Below the pieces are notes generated by a model. That model was not told the DNA's origin and ran no database searches. It was given only the letters and a program-made list of their open reading frames with translations. Positions 56,284 to 64,000 of a stretch of 64,000 nucleotides of DNA are shown piece by piece (positions within the stretch are counted from its first letter, which is position 1; the number at the start of each line of letters is the position of its first letter). Origin of the DNA: Candidatus Omnitrophota bacterium (lineage in GTDB: Bacteria; Omnitrophota; Gorgyraeia; Duberdicusellales; 4484-171); NCBI GenBank assembly GCA_043823745.1, contig JBDRAN010000048.1, forward strand, positions 896 through 64,895. Direction: 5' to 3'. The translations under genes and the position numbers were made by a program.

Positions 56284-57465
56284 ATGGATAAAGTCATTCG
56301 CATCCTTATTATTTCTTCCGATGCAAAGCTGCGCGAGATACTTCATTTTTGTTTTGACGGTTGGGGTTATGATGTAACGCTCTGGGACTCTCATGGCGAG
56401 GATATCGCGACCGTCAAAAAAATATCCCCCGATGTCGTTATCATTGACATCCATTCTGCCCGTAAAGATGATCTTAAAATTTGCAGCCTGCTGAAAAATG
56501 ATTGCTTGGCAGCGAGCATCCCTATCATTACGCTTATTAACAAGCGCCATTTACGTGCCCACCTGCTCAGCCTTAAATACGGAGTCGATGACTACCTTAT
56601 TAAGCCTCCGGATCCGCTAGACTTGCGCGTGCGCATTGAGATGGCGGTGCGGCGTTTTAAACTAAGTTTTCACGCCAACCCTTTGAGCGGTCTTCCCGGC
56701 GCGCGTGTTATCGAAGAAGTGCTCCTTGAGCGCCTTAAAACCGGAGCCGATTTTTCCATGGGATATCTTGATCTCGATAATTTTAAGGCATTTAATGACG
56801 TCTATGGATATATCAAGGGCGATGGCGTTATTATGCATACCGCGTATTTGCTGTATAATACGGTTAAGACGATAGGAAATCCGGAAGATATGGTGGCTCA
56901 TATCGGGGGAGACGATTTCGCGTTTATTACAACGCCTGATAAATATGAGGCCATATCCCAAAATTTTATCTATTGTTTTGACCGGGTAACGCCCTTTCAT
57001 TATCCCTTGCAGGAGCGTCAGCAGGGTTACGTAATGAGTCGCGACAGAACTAACCAGATGCGTAAGATCCCGCTCATGAGTATCTCGGTAGCGGTAACCA
57101 ATATTCTCAAGGATTCAGGTATCAGCAATATAATCCAAATCAACGAGCGTATCTCTGAAATAAAAAAGTACTTAAAGAGTATGCCGGGGAGCAAATATAT
57201 GGCTGATCGGCGTACCGGCCGTCAGGAGAGCAATGTCGGGCCCCTGCTGCACAAGCGAGAGGATATACTGCATCCCTATAGGCCGCTTGGGCAGATTTTA
57301 CTTGAGAAAAATTTCATTTCTGCCGAGCAGCTCGAGGAAGCATTGCGTATCCATTGGAAGCGCGGAGTTATGCTCGGAGAAATTATACGGGAACTTAAGA
57401 TGACCAGCGATGAACATCTACAGGAAGCGATTCAAATTCAGGAAAATGTTTCTTCCCGCCTTTAA
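56284..57465 (+). CDS. response-regulator receiver plus degenerate GGDEF (GGDDF) domain plus C-terminal MshEN-like domain
   Basis: REC motifs in the first 120 aa. GGDEF hallmarks YLDLDNFKAFND and HIGGDDFAF. C-terminal LGQILLEKNFISAEQLEEAL...MLGEIIRELKMTSDEHLQEAI resembles the two-repeat MshEN c-di-GMP-binding motif. Confidence 0.5.
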   Translation: MDKVIRILIISSDAKLREILHFCFDGWGYDVTLWDSHGEDIATVKKISPDVVIIDIHSARKDDLKICSLLKNDCLAASIPIITLINKRHLRAHLLSLKYGVDDYLIKPPDPLDLRVRIEMAVRRFKLSFHANPLSGLPGARVIEEVLLERLKTGADFSMGYLDLDNFKAFNDVYGYIKGDGVIMHTAYLLYNTVKTIGNPEDMVAHIGGDDFAFITTPDKYEAISQNFIYCFDRVTPFHYPLQERQQGYVMSRDRTNQMRKIPLMSISVAVTNILKDSGISNIIQINERISEIKKYLKSMPGSKYMADRRTGRQESNVGPLLHKREDILHPYRPLGQILLEKNFISAEQLEEALRIHWKRGVMLGEIIRELKMTSDEHLQEAIQIQENVSSRL

Positions 57466-57639
57466 TCCCCTTCGCAAAAATCCAGGCCTAAAGGTTTGAG
57501 GATAGGAATTTGCGGATTGTTTTTTGTTTCGGGGAGGAAGCCTGGGACTTTAGTGCAACAGGATACCTTGGTGGGTAGTCCGAGGGGCTCCACTCGCCAA
57601 CGTACAAATCAACGGGCTTCAGACCGTGGATAAATGCGC

Positions 57640-57720
57640 GTGATTATCTCCCGAGGAATTTTTCATTGAAAAATTCCCGGGACTTAATCCTGGAAATTTC
57701 TTGTTGAGAAATTTCACAGG
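57640..57720. promoter_or_regulatory. two adjacent perfect palindromes (GAATTTTTCAtTGAAAAATTC and GAAATTTCTtgttgAGAAATTTC)
   Basis: Exact reverse-complement arms. Located in the 500-nt intergenic region between the GGDEF and PilZ genes. Confidence 0.5.
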
Positions 57721-57728
57721 GCCGCGGA

Positions 57729-57800
57729 GGTTGCGGGAAATTGTCATGCGTGTTAAGCGAGCGTGAGAATTTCCCGCATATCCAGCCGAGGCGGGACCGT
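57729..57800. repeat. structured repeat, copy 2 (GTTGCGGGAAATTGTCatgcgtgttaagcgagcgtGAGAATTTCCCGCATAT...GCCGAGGCGGGAC)
   Basis: Homologous to 52160..52228. Confidence 0.55.
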
Positions 57801-57982
57801 TTAAAGTATAAACTGTAATTGGTGTGGAATTATTTTACTATTTTCGTTCTCGCTAAAATTTTTTACCCGATTCAGTATTGACAGTTAAGAATATTTTGGT
57901 ACAATTAAATTCCTTCGTATAGCATTTTCAAAAAAAGTTCTGCTAACTCACGAATATCGCATATTGAGACAGGGGAGGCATC

Positions 57983-58492
57983 ATGAAAAAACGTGATTCG
58001 ATGTACCCGTACCTTAAGGACCCGCGCGCATTAGCGGAAATCCAGAAGCATAAATGGTTTTTAAGTCAGGAATCGCAGTGTGAAGTCGGTTTTGCGACTG
58101 CGGCGGTTGATTGGGTTAAAAAATATGGCGACGCGTGGAGGCGCATCCACGTGAAAGATGACCGGGGATTGGAATCGTTTGTTGAGCGCAGAAAGTACCG
58201 GCGGTTTAACGTTGCGCAAGAGGTGACGTTGCGTAGCAAGAATATTGAATTTACCGCGGAACTTATCAATGTCAATTATTTTGGCGTACTGTGCCGGACT
58301 GATCATTTCTTGTACTTGGGCAATGATGTAAGGATTGACGTATCGCTCCATGAGCACGAAGGCTGTCACATACACTGTAACGGCATTGTCGAGCGTTTTT
58401 CATCCGCAGCGCTCGATGGGCAATGTGAGCTTTTTGTGCGCTTTGACGAACAAGGCCAGGAACAGCTGGAACGGTGTTATCACCTTAGTTGA
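57983..58492 (+). CDS. PilZ-domain protein with conserved N-terminal domain of unknown function
   Basis: C-terminal RRKYRRFNV and NVNYFG PilZ-like motifs. N-terminal domain HKWFLSQESQCEVGFATAAVDWVKKYGDAWRR. Confidence 0.4.
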   Translation: MKKRDSMYPYLKDPRALAEIQKHKWFLSQESQCEVGFATAAVDWVKKYGDAWRRIHVKDDRGLESFVERRKYRRFNVAQEVTLRSKNIEFTAELINVNYFGVLCRTDHFLYLGNDVRIDVSLHEHEGCHIHCNGIVERFSSAALDGQCELFVRFDEQGQEQLERCYHLS

Positions 58493-58499
58493 TTTCTTG

Positions 58500-58740
58500 A
58501 TCAAGCTATCAGCTTTCAGCTCTTGGCTTTGGCTTATGGCTTTGACTCGCGGCTTTCGCTATGGCTTTTGCTATCGGACGCAAAACCATGGCCTTCTGGC
58601 CAATTGGAAGCGATACCGTGCCCCTCTGGGCAAGAAGTCAAACCATGGCTTTCTGACCAATCGGATGCCAAACCACGGTTTTCTGGCCAGCAGCCATCAG
58701 CTTTTTTGGTTTAAAAACCAGCAACTAAGTGACTAACAAC
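58500..58740. repeat. three imperfect copies of AAACCAYGGYYTTCTGRCCAAT at about 30-nt spacing (TTCTGG-family interspersed repeat)
   Basis: aaaaccatggccttctggccaattgg, caaaccatggctttctgaccaatcgg, ccaaaccacggttttctggccagc. The related ctctgggcaagaag lies between them. Confidence 0.55.
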
Positions 58741-59073
58741 TTCCTTGCCGGCGGCTTGGTGAGTTTTTAACTGTGGACCGTCCCCTTCGGGGAGGCTTGC
58801 GCACTCGACTGTGGACTGTGGACTTTCTGATGAGCTTCCTGTCTGCCGAAATCTATTTACTTTTGAGGGATAATTGCTACAATACCTCTGTTTGTATTTT
58901 TTTGAGATTATGCCAACACCCGACGCTTAAAGAGCCTGACGCTTGCACCCCGCACTAAACGGTATCGTGCGGGTGTTACCCCTCTGGGTAAGAATTGCGT
59001 CGGTATTGTCTTCTGTGTAACACCTGGCCATAATGGATTGGCCAGTGTGCGCTTGCTGCGCAAGGAGGATTAC

Positions 59074-59619
59074 ATGGAACGTTTAATGGTTTTTACTGAT
59101 GCGGAATACGTAGTACAGAAACTAAAAGATTTAGGCGGCGCAAAAAATCCGATACGGCGTAAAGATATACGGTGGATCAATATTATCAAGTGGATCACCG
59201 CCCGCAGGCAGCTTATTCGTTGTTACTATTATTCCGCGGAATTCAGCAAAGAAGAGAACCCGCGCACATACCAGGAGCAGCAGGAGTATTTAAGGGGCCT
59301 GAAACTTGCCATTCCTTATTTTGAAATAAAGCTCGGAAGGCTTGTCCACGTCAACAATATGTGGATTCAGAAAGGTCTTGATGTTAAGATTGCTGTCGAT
59401 ATGTTCTCAAAAGCTGCCTCCGATCAGTATGATACTGCCGCGCTTCTGTCGGGTGATTCTGATTTCGTCGAGATGATCGGCGAGATCAAAGAGCGCTACG
59501 GTAAACATATTGAGCTCTATACGTTTGACCAATCGATTCACGATAGCCTGCGCCTTGCGCCCGATCGGCATTTTGTTATTGACGCCACAACTGCCCGCAC
59601 GCATAAGTTTTGGGTGTAG
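59074..59619 (+). CDS. NYN/LabA-like (DUF88) domain protein
   Basis: RBS aaggagg. MVFTDAEYV...[35 protein letters not shown] matches LabA/NYN motifs. The leader shares repeat modules with the EF-G leader. Confidence 0.5.
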   Translation: MERLMVFTDAEYVVQKLKDLGGAKNPIRRKDIRWINIIKWITARRQLIRCYYYSAEFSKEENPRTYQEQQEYLRGLKLAIPYFEIKLGRLVHVNNMWIQKGLDVKIAVDMFSKAASDQYDTAALLSGDSDFVEMIGEIKERYGKHIELYTFDQSIHDSLRLAPDRHFVIDATTARTHKFWV

Positions 59620-59925
59620 TAAGCTGCAAGCTACAGGCCTCAAGCCGCAGGATTTTAGAAAGACGTGTAGTCGTTCAATTCTGTCTCCTATTCGTTTTAT
59701 CTCCCTTCAGTTGAGCAAGTAAAAAAATAATAATGTAGTTCGTGGATTGCGATCTGTGTGGCCTGAGGTTTTTTTGCAAGGTTTATTTAACTTAGGGCTA
59801 TATTCTGTGTTTTGTAGCTTGTAGCTTGCACCTTGTAGCCTGTAGCGGATAGCGGTAAAGAGGTAAAGAAAAAGAAAAAGGGTAGGAGAGGGAACGGCGT
59901 GTTCTCTTCCTACCCTTTTTATTAT

Positions 59926-60255
59926 TTATCTTCTGAATTTGCCGCCGCCGAAACCGCCGCCGCCGAAATCATCTCGTCTGCCGGTGCCGGTACGAGGCTG
60001 CATCTTGCGAGCTTTACTGACTCGCATGGTCCTGCCGTTTAGTTCCTTACCGTCCAGGGCCTCTATAGCCTGAGTGGCTTGTTCTTCAGTCTCGAATTCA
60101 GCAAATCCGAAACCCTTTGATTTCCCTGTAAATTTATCGTTGATGATTTTCACCTCTTTTACGGTGACACCCTTTTCTTCGATAAATTTCCTGATTTCAT
60201 CTTCAGTGACCCCAAATTCCAAATTACCAATGTATAACTTTTTCTCTTCGTCCAT
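59926..60255 (-). CDS. RRM-type RNA-binding protein with glycine-rich tail
   Basis: RNP2 LYIGNL, RNP1 KGFGFAEF, and a C-terminal RRDDFGGGGFGGGKFRR. Confidence 0.65.
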   Translation of the reverse strand: MDEEKKLYIGNLEFGVTEDEIRKFIEEKGVTVKEVKIINDKFTGKSKGFGFAEFETEEQATQAIEALDGKELNGRTMRVSKARKMQPRTGTGRRDDFGGGGFGGGKFRR

Positions 60256-60329
60256 GTTTTCGATCTCCTTTAACGTGTTACGTACAATTTAACTGACCCT
60301 TACCAAAATGATACAACTCCCGAACTACT

Positions 60330-60488
60330 CTAAATCTTCTTGCGCCGTTCCCTCCTTTTTTGAGATGGTTTCGTGTAATATTGCCGCTCCCGGCATTCTC
60401 TAATAATGCCTTCGCGCTTGCACATGATATTGAATTTTCTCAGTGCTTTTTCAAAGTCTTCGTTTCGTTCGATCCTAACTTCTGCCAT
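60330..60488 (-). CDS. rpsU: 30S ribosomal protein S21
   Basis: RBS ggaggataaaa before the ATG. MAEVRIERNEDFEKALRKFNIMCKREGIIRECRERQYYTKPSQKRRERRKKI aligns with S21. 52 aa, below the ORF-track cutoff. Confidence 0.7.
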   Translation of the reverse strand: MAEVRIERNEDFEKALRKFNIMCKREGIIRECRERQYYTKPSQKRRERRKKI

Positions 60489-60603
60489 TTTTATCCTCCA
60501 GTCTTTAAAACGTTAGTACTATATATACCACAATTCCGGGTTTTTTCAAGAAAAAAAAGGTTAATTTTTATACCTTATCTAACTCATTGGGCGGCATGTG
60601 GTA

Positions 60604-61344
60604 ATGAAAATTACTGTCAATTTTCCATTTTCTGCTACAATAATACATATGTTTCTTCTTTTTGCGGCGATCGCACCCGCGGCCGCCCTTATAATCTATT
60701 TTTACTGTAAAGACAAGCACGAGAAAGAACCTCTTGACCTGCTCGCAAAGGCGTTTCTTGCCGGTATTATCATCACCTTTGTTGCTATGGTGATTGAGCC
60801 TTTTTTCCTCGGAGTTATTAAAAATATCCCCTTTGTCCTGTTTCGGGTATTCCTGGCTTCGTTCGTTATGGCGGCTCTGGTAGAGGAAGGCCTCAAGTTT
60901 CTCGCGTTTAAGCTGGTCATATACGATAGGAAGGATTTTAACGAGCCGTATGACGGAATACTGTACGCGGTAATGATTTCTCTTGGGTTCGCAACGATTG
61001 AAAACATTGGGTATATTGTTTCCGAATTCACGCGCACGGGGTTTATCGGTGCGTACGGTCTTAGCGTAGGCCGCGCACTTTTTTCAGTAACCATCCATGC
61101 CTTTACCGCAGCGATTATGGGTTACTATCTTGGACTCGCAAAATTTTGCGGCGGGAAAAGAGAGGCGGAGTATCAATGGAAAGGCCTTGGGTTTGCGGTT
61201 CTGGCGCACGGGTCTTTTAATTTTTTTATTCTGACGCTCACTCCGGTTGGGATATTGCTGGCATTCGTCGTGTTTCTTGTCGCCTGGTTCCAAACGCTAC
61301 GCGCAATCAAGCTCCACTCTGCTAATTCACCATTCAGGAAATAG
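60604..61344 (+). CDS. PrsW-family intramembrane metalloprotease-like protein
   Basis: Multi-TM protein with the EEGLKFLAF (EExxK), FATIENIGY (FxxxEN) and HAFTAAIMGY (HxxxA) motifs typical of the PrsW family. Confidence 0.5.
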   Translation: MKITVNFPFSATIIHMFLLFAAIAPAAALIIYFYCKDKHEKEPLDLLAKAFLAGIIITFVAMVIEPFFLGVIKNIPFVLFRVFLASFVMAALVEEGLKFLAFKLVIYDRKDFNEPYDGILYAVMISLGFATIENIGYIVSEFTRTGFIGAYGLSVGRALFSVTIHAFTAAIMGYYLGLAKFCGGKREAEYQWKGLGFAVLAHGSFNFFILTLTPVGILLAFVVFLVAWFQTLRAIKLHSANSPFRK

Positions 61345-61364
61345 CGGATAGTCCCCTTCCTCTG

Positions 61365-61528
61365 CGAGGACGCTTCGCAGTCGGGGAGGCTACACTGCGT
61401 TTCGCACCGTTTAGCGTAGAGCGTAGAGACAGAATCGAGAATAAGAAATTTTAGATCTTTTTCTCCTAAACGCTAACCGGTGCGAAGCCGTACGGAGCCT
61501 CCCCTCAAGGGGATCTCCGTAGGGGACG
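61365..61528. repeat. inverted pair of REP-like elements (same family as 47123..47191)
   Basis: The direct copy at 61480..61528 (gtgcgaagccgtacggagcctcccctcaaggggatctccgtaggggacg) and the partial inverted copy at 61365..61415 flank about 65 nt, giving a MITE-like arrangement. Confidence 0.55.
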
Positions 61529-61920
61529 AAGGACGACTGTTCATTTCATTCGCTGGGAGGTAGGACGTGGGACGAGAAGCATTAATTCTCGTTATTTGCT
61601 ACTCGTTGCGCGCTACTTTTGATTATAAATCTCTGGAATCTTTTCCTAATCGTTGTAATCATGGCTTAAGCCATATAAATAAAAACCCCTCCCCCAAACT
61701 ACCAGGGAGAGGGTCCGTGGCTTTGGTCCCCTCATGGAGACCCGTCAATTAATCGTAACATGCTAACACTATGCTTTTCAAGGGGTTAGAGACCATCGCT
61801 TGAAACCGCTTACCATGCTTGATATTTCAAGGCTTTTTCAGCTTTGCATCACGGTTTTTTTAAAAATACTCTTGAAAATATCATCTTTCTTGAAAATAGA
61901 TGGATTTGTGATAATTCGTC

Positions 61921-61950
61921 TTTAATTCGTGTTCATTCGTGTAGGATTCT
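61921..61950 (-). promoter_or_regulatory. three ATTCGT direct repeats phased at 11 bp (ACGAAT on the minus strand), upstream of the KAS-like gene
   Basis: aATTCGTctttaATTCGTgttcATTCGTg. Same motif and phasing as the array at 3668..3722. Confidence 0.4.
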
Positions 61951-61998
61951 TAAAACCCTTCACAGTTGTGGGTTTTTAAGGTAAAATAAGCCCAATCT

Positions 61999-63234
61999 AT
62001 GGCTGATATTGACGCAGTTATAACAGGGATCGGAGTTATCGCCCCTAGCGGTATTGGCAAGGAAATCTTCTGGAAAGGGCTTGAAGCCGGCTTAGATACC
62101 GTCAGTGAAGTTACTGCTTTTGACACCGGAAAATTTAATGTCCATTGCGCCGCTGAAATAAAAAACTTCTCAGCCGAACAATTTCTTGGCGCAAAGGGCC
62201 TGCGTAGCATTGACCGCAGTGCGCTTGTGCTCATGGTAGCCGCTCAACAGGCTATCGAGGAGGCAAAGCTTGAAATTATCGATGCAACCACTGATGATTT
62301 TGGCGTCTGTACCGGGACAACCTTTTCTCATCTAGGCGCAATTATTGAGTTTGACCGAGAAGTCTTGCGTGACGGACTTGAGTTTTCAAACCCCGCTTTT
62401 TTCCCTTCAACGGTTATCAACGCCGCCTCATCCCAGGTTTCTATTCGCTTTAACATTCAAGGGTTTAACACAACGATCAGCACCGGTTTTACTGCAGGGC
62501 TTGACGCTCTGAAATACTCGATCGATGCGCTAGCTACAAATAAAGCGAAAACCGTATTAACCGGAAGCGTCGATGTTTTAACTTCATCGTTATTTTTCGG
62601 CTTTCATAAATTAGGCTACATGGCCGGTCTTACCGGGCCCGCATTATCATGTCCTTTTGATGCCCGGCGTAATGGCCCGGTTCTGGGGGAAGCAGCCACG
62701 GTTTTTTGTGTTGAAGATGCCGCCAGGGCTCGCAGCCGCGGCGTAAAAATTTACGCCCGCATTAAATCCGTAGCTTGCCATTTTGACGCGTTTCGCATGG
62801 GTAAGATCCATCCCCAAGGGTTAGGCATTGAAAAGGCGATCGTCAAGGCACTTCGCGATGCGCGGCTTAGGCCCGCTGACATTGATTACATTTCAAGCTG
62901 TGCTAATTCCTCAAAAGAACTCGACAGTATTGAGGTTAAGGTTTTAAGGCGCGTTTTTGGCGACAACCTAAAAAGGATTCCGGTAAGCTCCGTTAAGTCG
63001 ATGCTTGGTGAAACTTTTTCTGCCGCTGGGCCGCTTCAAATTGTTTCATGCCTGGGCGCGATGCACCGGGGGATTATCCCGCCGACGATCAACTATCAGG
63101 AAAAGGACGCGCTTTGCGATATTGATTGTGTTCCTAACGTAAGCCGCAAGCGTGATGTGCGCCGGGCGCTTATTACTTCCTTTGGTCCCGGCGGGTATAA
63201 TAGCGCCTGCGTGCTTGAGCGTTGGGAAAATTAA
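61999..63234 (+). CDS. beta-ketoacyl synthase (KAS I/II)-fold protein lacking the Cys-His-His catalytic triad (chain-length-factor/KS0-like)
   Basis: Thiolase-fold KS N- and C-domains. The FabF active-site ATACTSG position reads STGFTAG, HGTSTP reads SSCANSS, and TGHLLGAAG reads LGETFSAAG. Confidence 0.5.
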   Translation: MADIDAVITGIGVIAPSGIGKEIFWKGLEAGLDTVSEVTAFDTGKFNVHCAAEIKNFSAEQFLGAKGLRSIDRSALVLMVAAQQAIEEAKLEIIDATTDDFGVCTGTTFSHLGAIIEFDREVLRDGLEFSNPAFFPSTVINAASSQVSIRFNIQGFNTTISTGFTAGLDALKYSIDALATNKAKTVLTGSVDVLTSSLFFGFHKLGYMAGLTGPALSCPFDARRNGPVLGEAATVFCVEDAARARSRGVKIYARIKSVACHFDAFRMGKIHPQGLGIEKAIVKALRDARLRPADIDYISSCANSSKELDSIEVKVLRRVFGDNLKRIPVSSVKSMLGETFSAAGPLQIVSCLGAMHRGIIPPTINYQEKDALCDIDCVPNVSRKRDVRRALITSFGPGGYNSACVLERWEN

Positions 63235-63438
63235 GCGAAAACCGTCTTTCTTCCCGCTTTTATTAATTAAACCATTTTCCACCTCTGAGATGGAAATGGG
63301 TATAGCGATTAAAAGTAAGCCTTCCTTGCTTTATCTCTCCCGCTCGATTTAAGAAAAATGAAGCATGACCCTTGACAATGCGGCAATAATATTGTATATG
63401 TGCATTATAAATGCAAATTTGCATATAGGAGAAAGATT

Positions 63439-64000
63439 ATGCGTTACGTTACCAGAGACATTGAGCCTATCATAAAAACTGCCGCAGCGCAGTTTCCTTC
63501 AATAATCCTGACAGGTCCGCGGCAGTCAGGGAAAACAACGTTACTGCAGCATCTTTTTTCGAAAAAATACACATACGTTTCCATGGATGATCCGGCATCG
63601 CGATTGATGGCGACTGATGAACCGGTTCTTTTTTTCCAGAATTATAAACCGCCGGTCATCATCGATGAGATCCAATATGCGCCAAAGCTTCTTTCATATA
63701 TCAAGATAATGATCGACAAAAAACGAAACGTAGCGGGGCAATTTTTGTTGACCGGCTCGCAACTTTTTCCTCTGATGGCGCATGTCAGCGAGTCCTTGGC
63801 GGGGAGAATAGCGGTTTTTAATCTTTTGTCATTTTCGTTCTCGGAGCTCTCCGGCCGTGCCGTGCCCCACGATATGCAGGCATTAAAGCATCTGGTTCTA
63901 CGCGGAGGTTTTCCTGAAGTAAATATCAGGAAGAACATAAATCTTGAATTATGGTTTTCCGGATATCTTCAGACATACCTTGAGCGCGATGTCCGTCAGT
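63439..64000 (+). CDS. AAA-type ATPase (AAA_14/DUF4143-family), 3-prime partial
   Basis: Walker A GPRQSGKTT, Walker B VIIDEIQY. ORF runs off the window end. Promoter-like TTGACA at about 63372. Confidence 0.5.
   Translation, partial: MRYVTRDIEPIIKTAAAQFPSIILTGPRQSGKTTLLQHLFSKKYTYVSMDDPASRLMATDEPVLFFQNYKPPVIIDEIQYAPKLLSYIKIMIDKKRNVAGQFLLTGSQLFPLMAHVSESLAGRIAVFNLLSFSFSELSGRAVPHDMQALKHLVLRGGFPEVNIRKNINLELWFSGYLQTYLERDVRQ

Overview
This is a 64 kb stretch of bacterial chromosome with mixed GC content. AT-rich islands sit at about 1.9-2.8 kb, 4.5-8.9 kb and 10.1-11.6 kb. The rest is mid-GC, and there is strong RBS and sigma70 promoter usage throughout. Content from 5-prime to 3-prime:

1. A short mobile-element-like remnant (DUF2958, HTH proteins, a ParB-like HTH fragment).
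2. A cassette-like run of tiny membrane and zinc-ribbon genes, each followed by a related non-coding repeat element.
3. A low-GC glycan-modification cluster: a GT-C ArnT/PMT-like transferase, a GT2 polyprenyl-phosphate sugar synthase, a SAM methyltransferase and a B12-binding radical SAM enzyme. A second GT-C gene lies on the opposite strand.
4. A truncated DEAD-box helicase C-terminal fragment directly upstream of a full DbpA-like helicase.
5. A LysM amidase lipoprotein followed by a 69-bp tandem repeat.
6. Two ABC-F ATPases (one Uup-like), several class I methyltransferases, and c-di-GMP signalling parts: a histidine kinase plus CheY-like receiver, three PilZ proteins, and a REC-GGDEF(GGDDF)-MshEN-like protein.
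7. An ABC-2 exporter, a DnaJ-type CxxCxGxG repeat lipoprotein, and a GHL10/YngK-like hydrolase.
8. An Rrf2-family regulator plus hybrid cluster protein pair with a palindromic operator.
9. A second DEAD-box helicase and an EF-G gene with a roughly 500-nt repeat-rich leader.
10. A polyphosphate island: Ppx/GppA-HD, Ppk1, a CHAD protein, a metallophosphoesterase-HD fusion, a membrane metallophosphoesterase, and a guanylate-kinase-like plus ROK glucokinase operon.
11. A large DUF2157/DUF4401-like membrane protein with a GDYG protein.
12. A PurF-like gene with Cys1 replaced by Ser, overlapping metF.
13. RlmB-like, HD, GT2-like and MFS genes, a NYN/LabA protein, an RRM RNA-binding protein, rpsU, a PrsW-like protease, a KAS-like protein lacking the Cys-His-His triad, and a partial AAA ATPase.

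I found no rRNA, no tRNA that folds convincingly, and no CRISPR array. I resolved several distinct intergenic repeat families (REP/MITE-like hairpins, shared promoter modules, phased ACGAAT arrays). The most novel-looking candidates are the small-gene/repeat cassette array at about 2.9-4.3 kb and the polyphosphate island with its unusual domain fusions. All functional calls come from motif recognition by eye and should be verified by profile searches.
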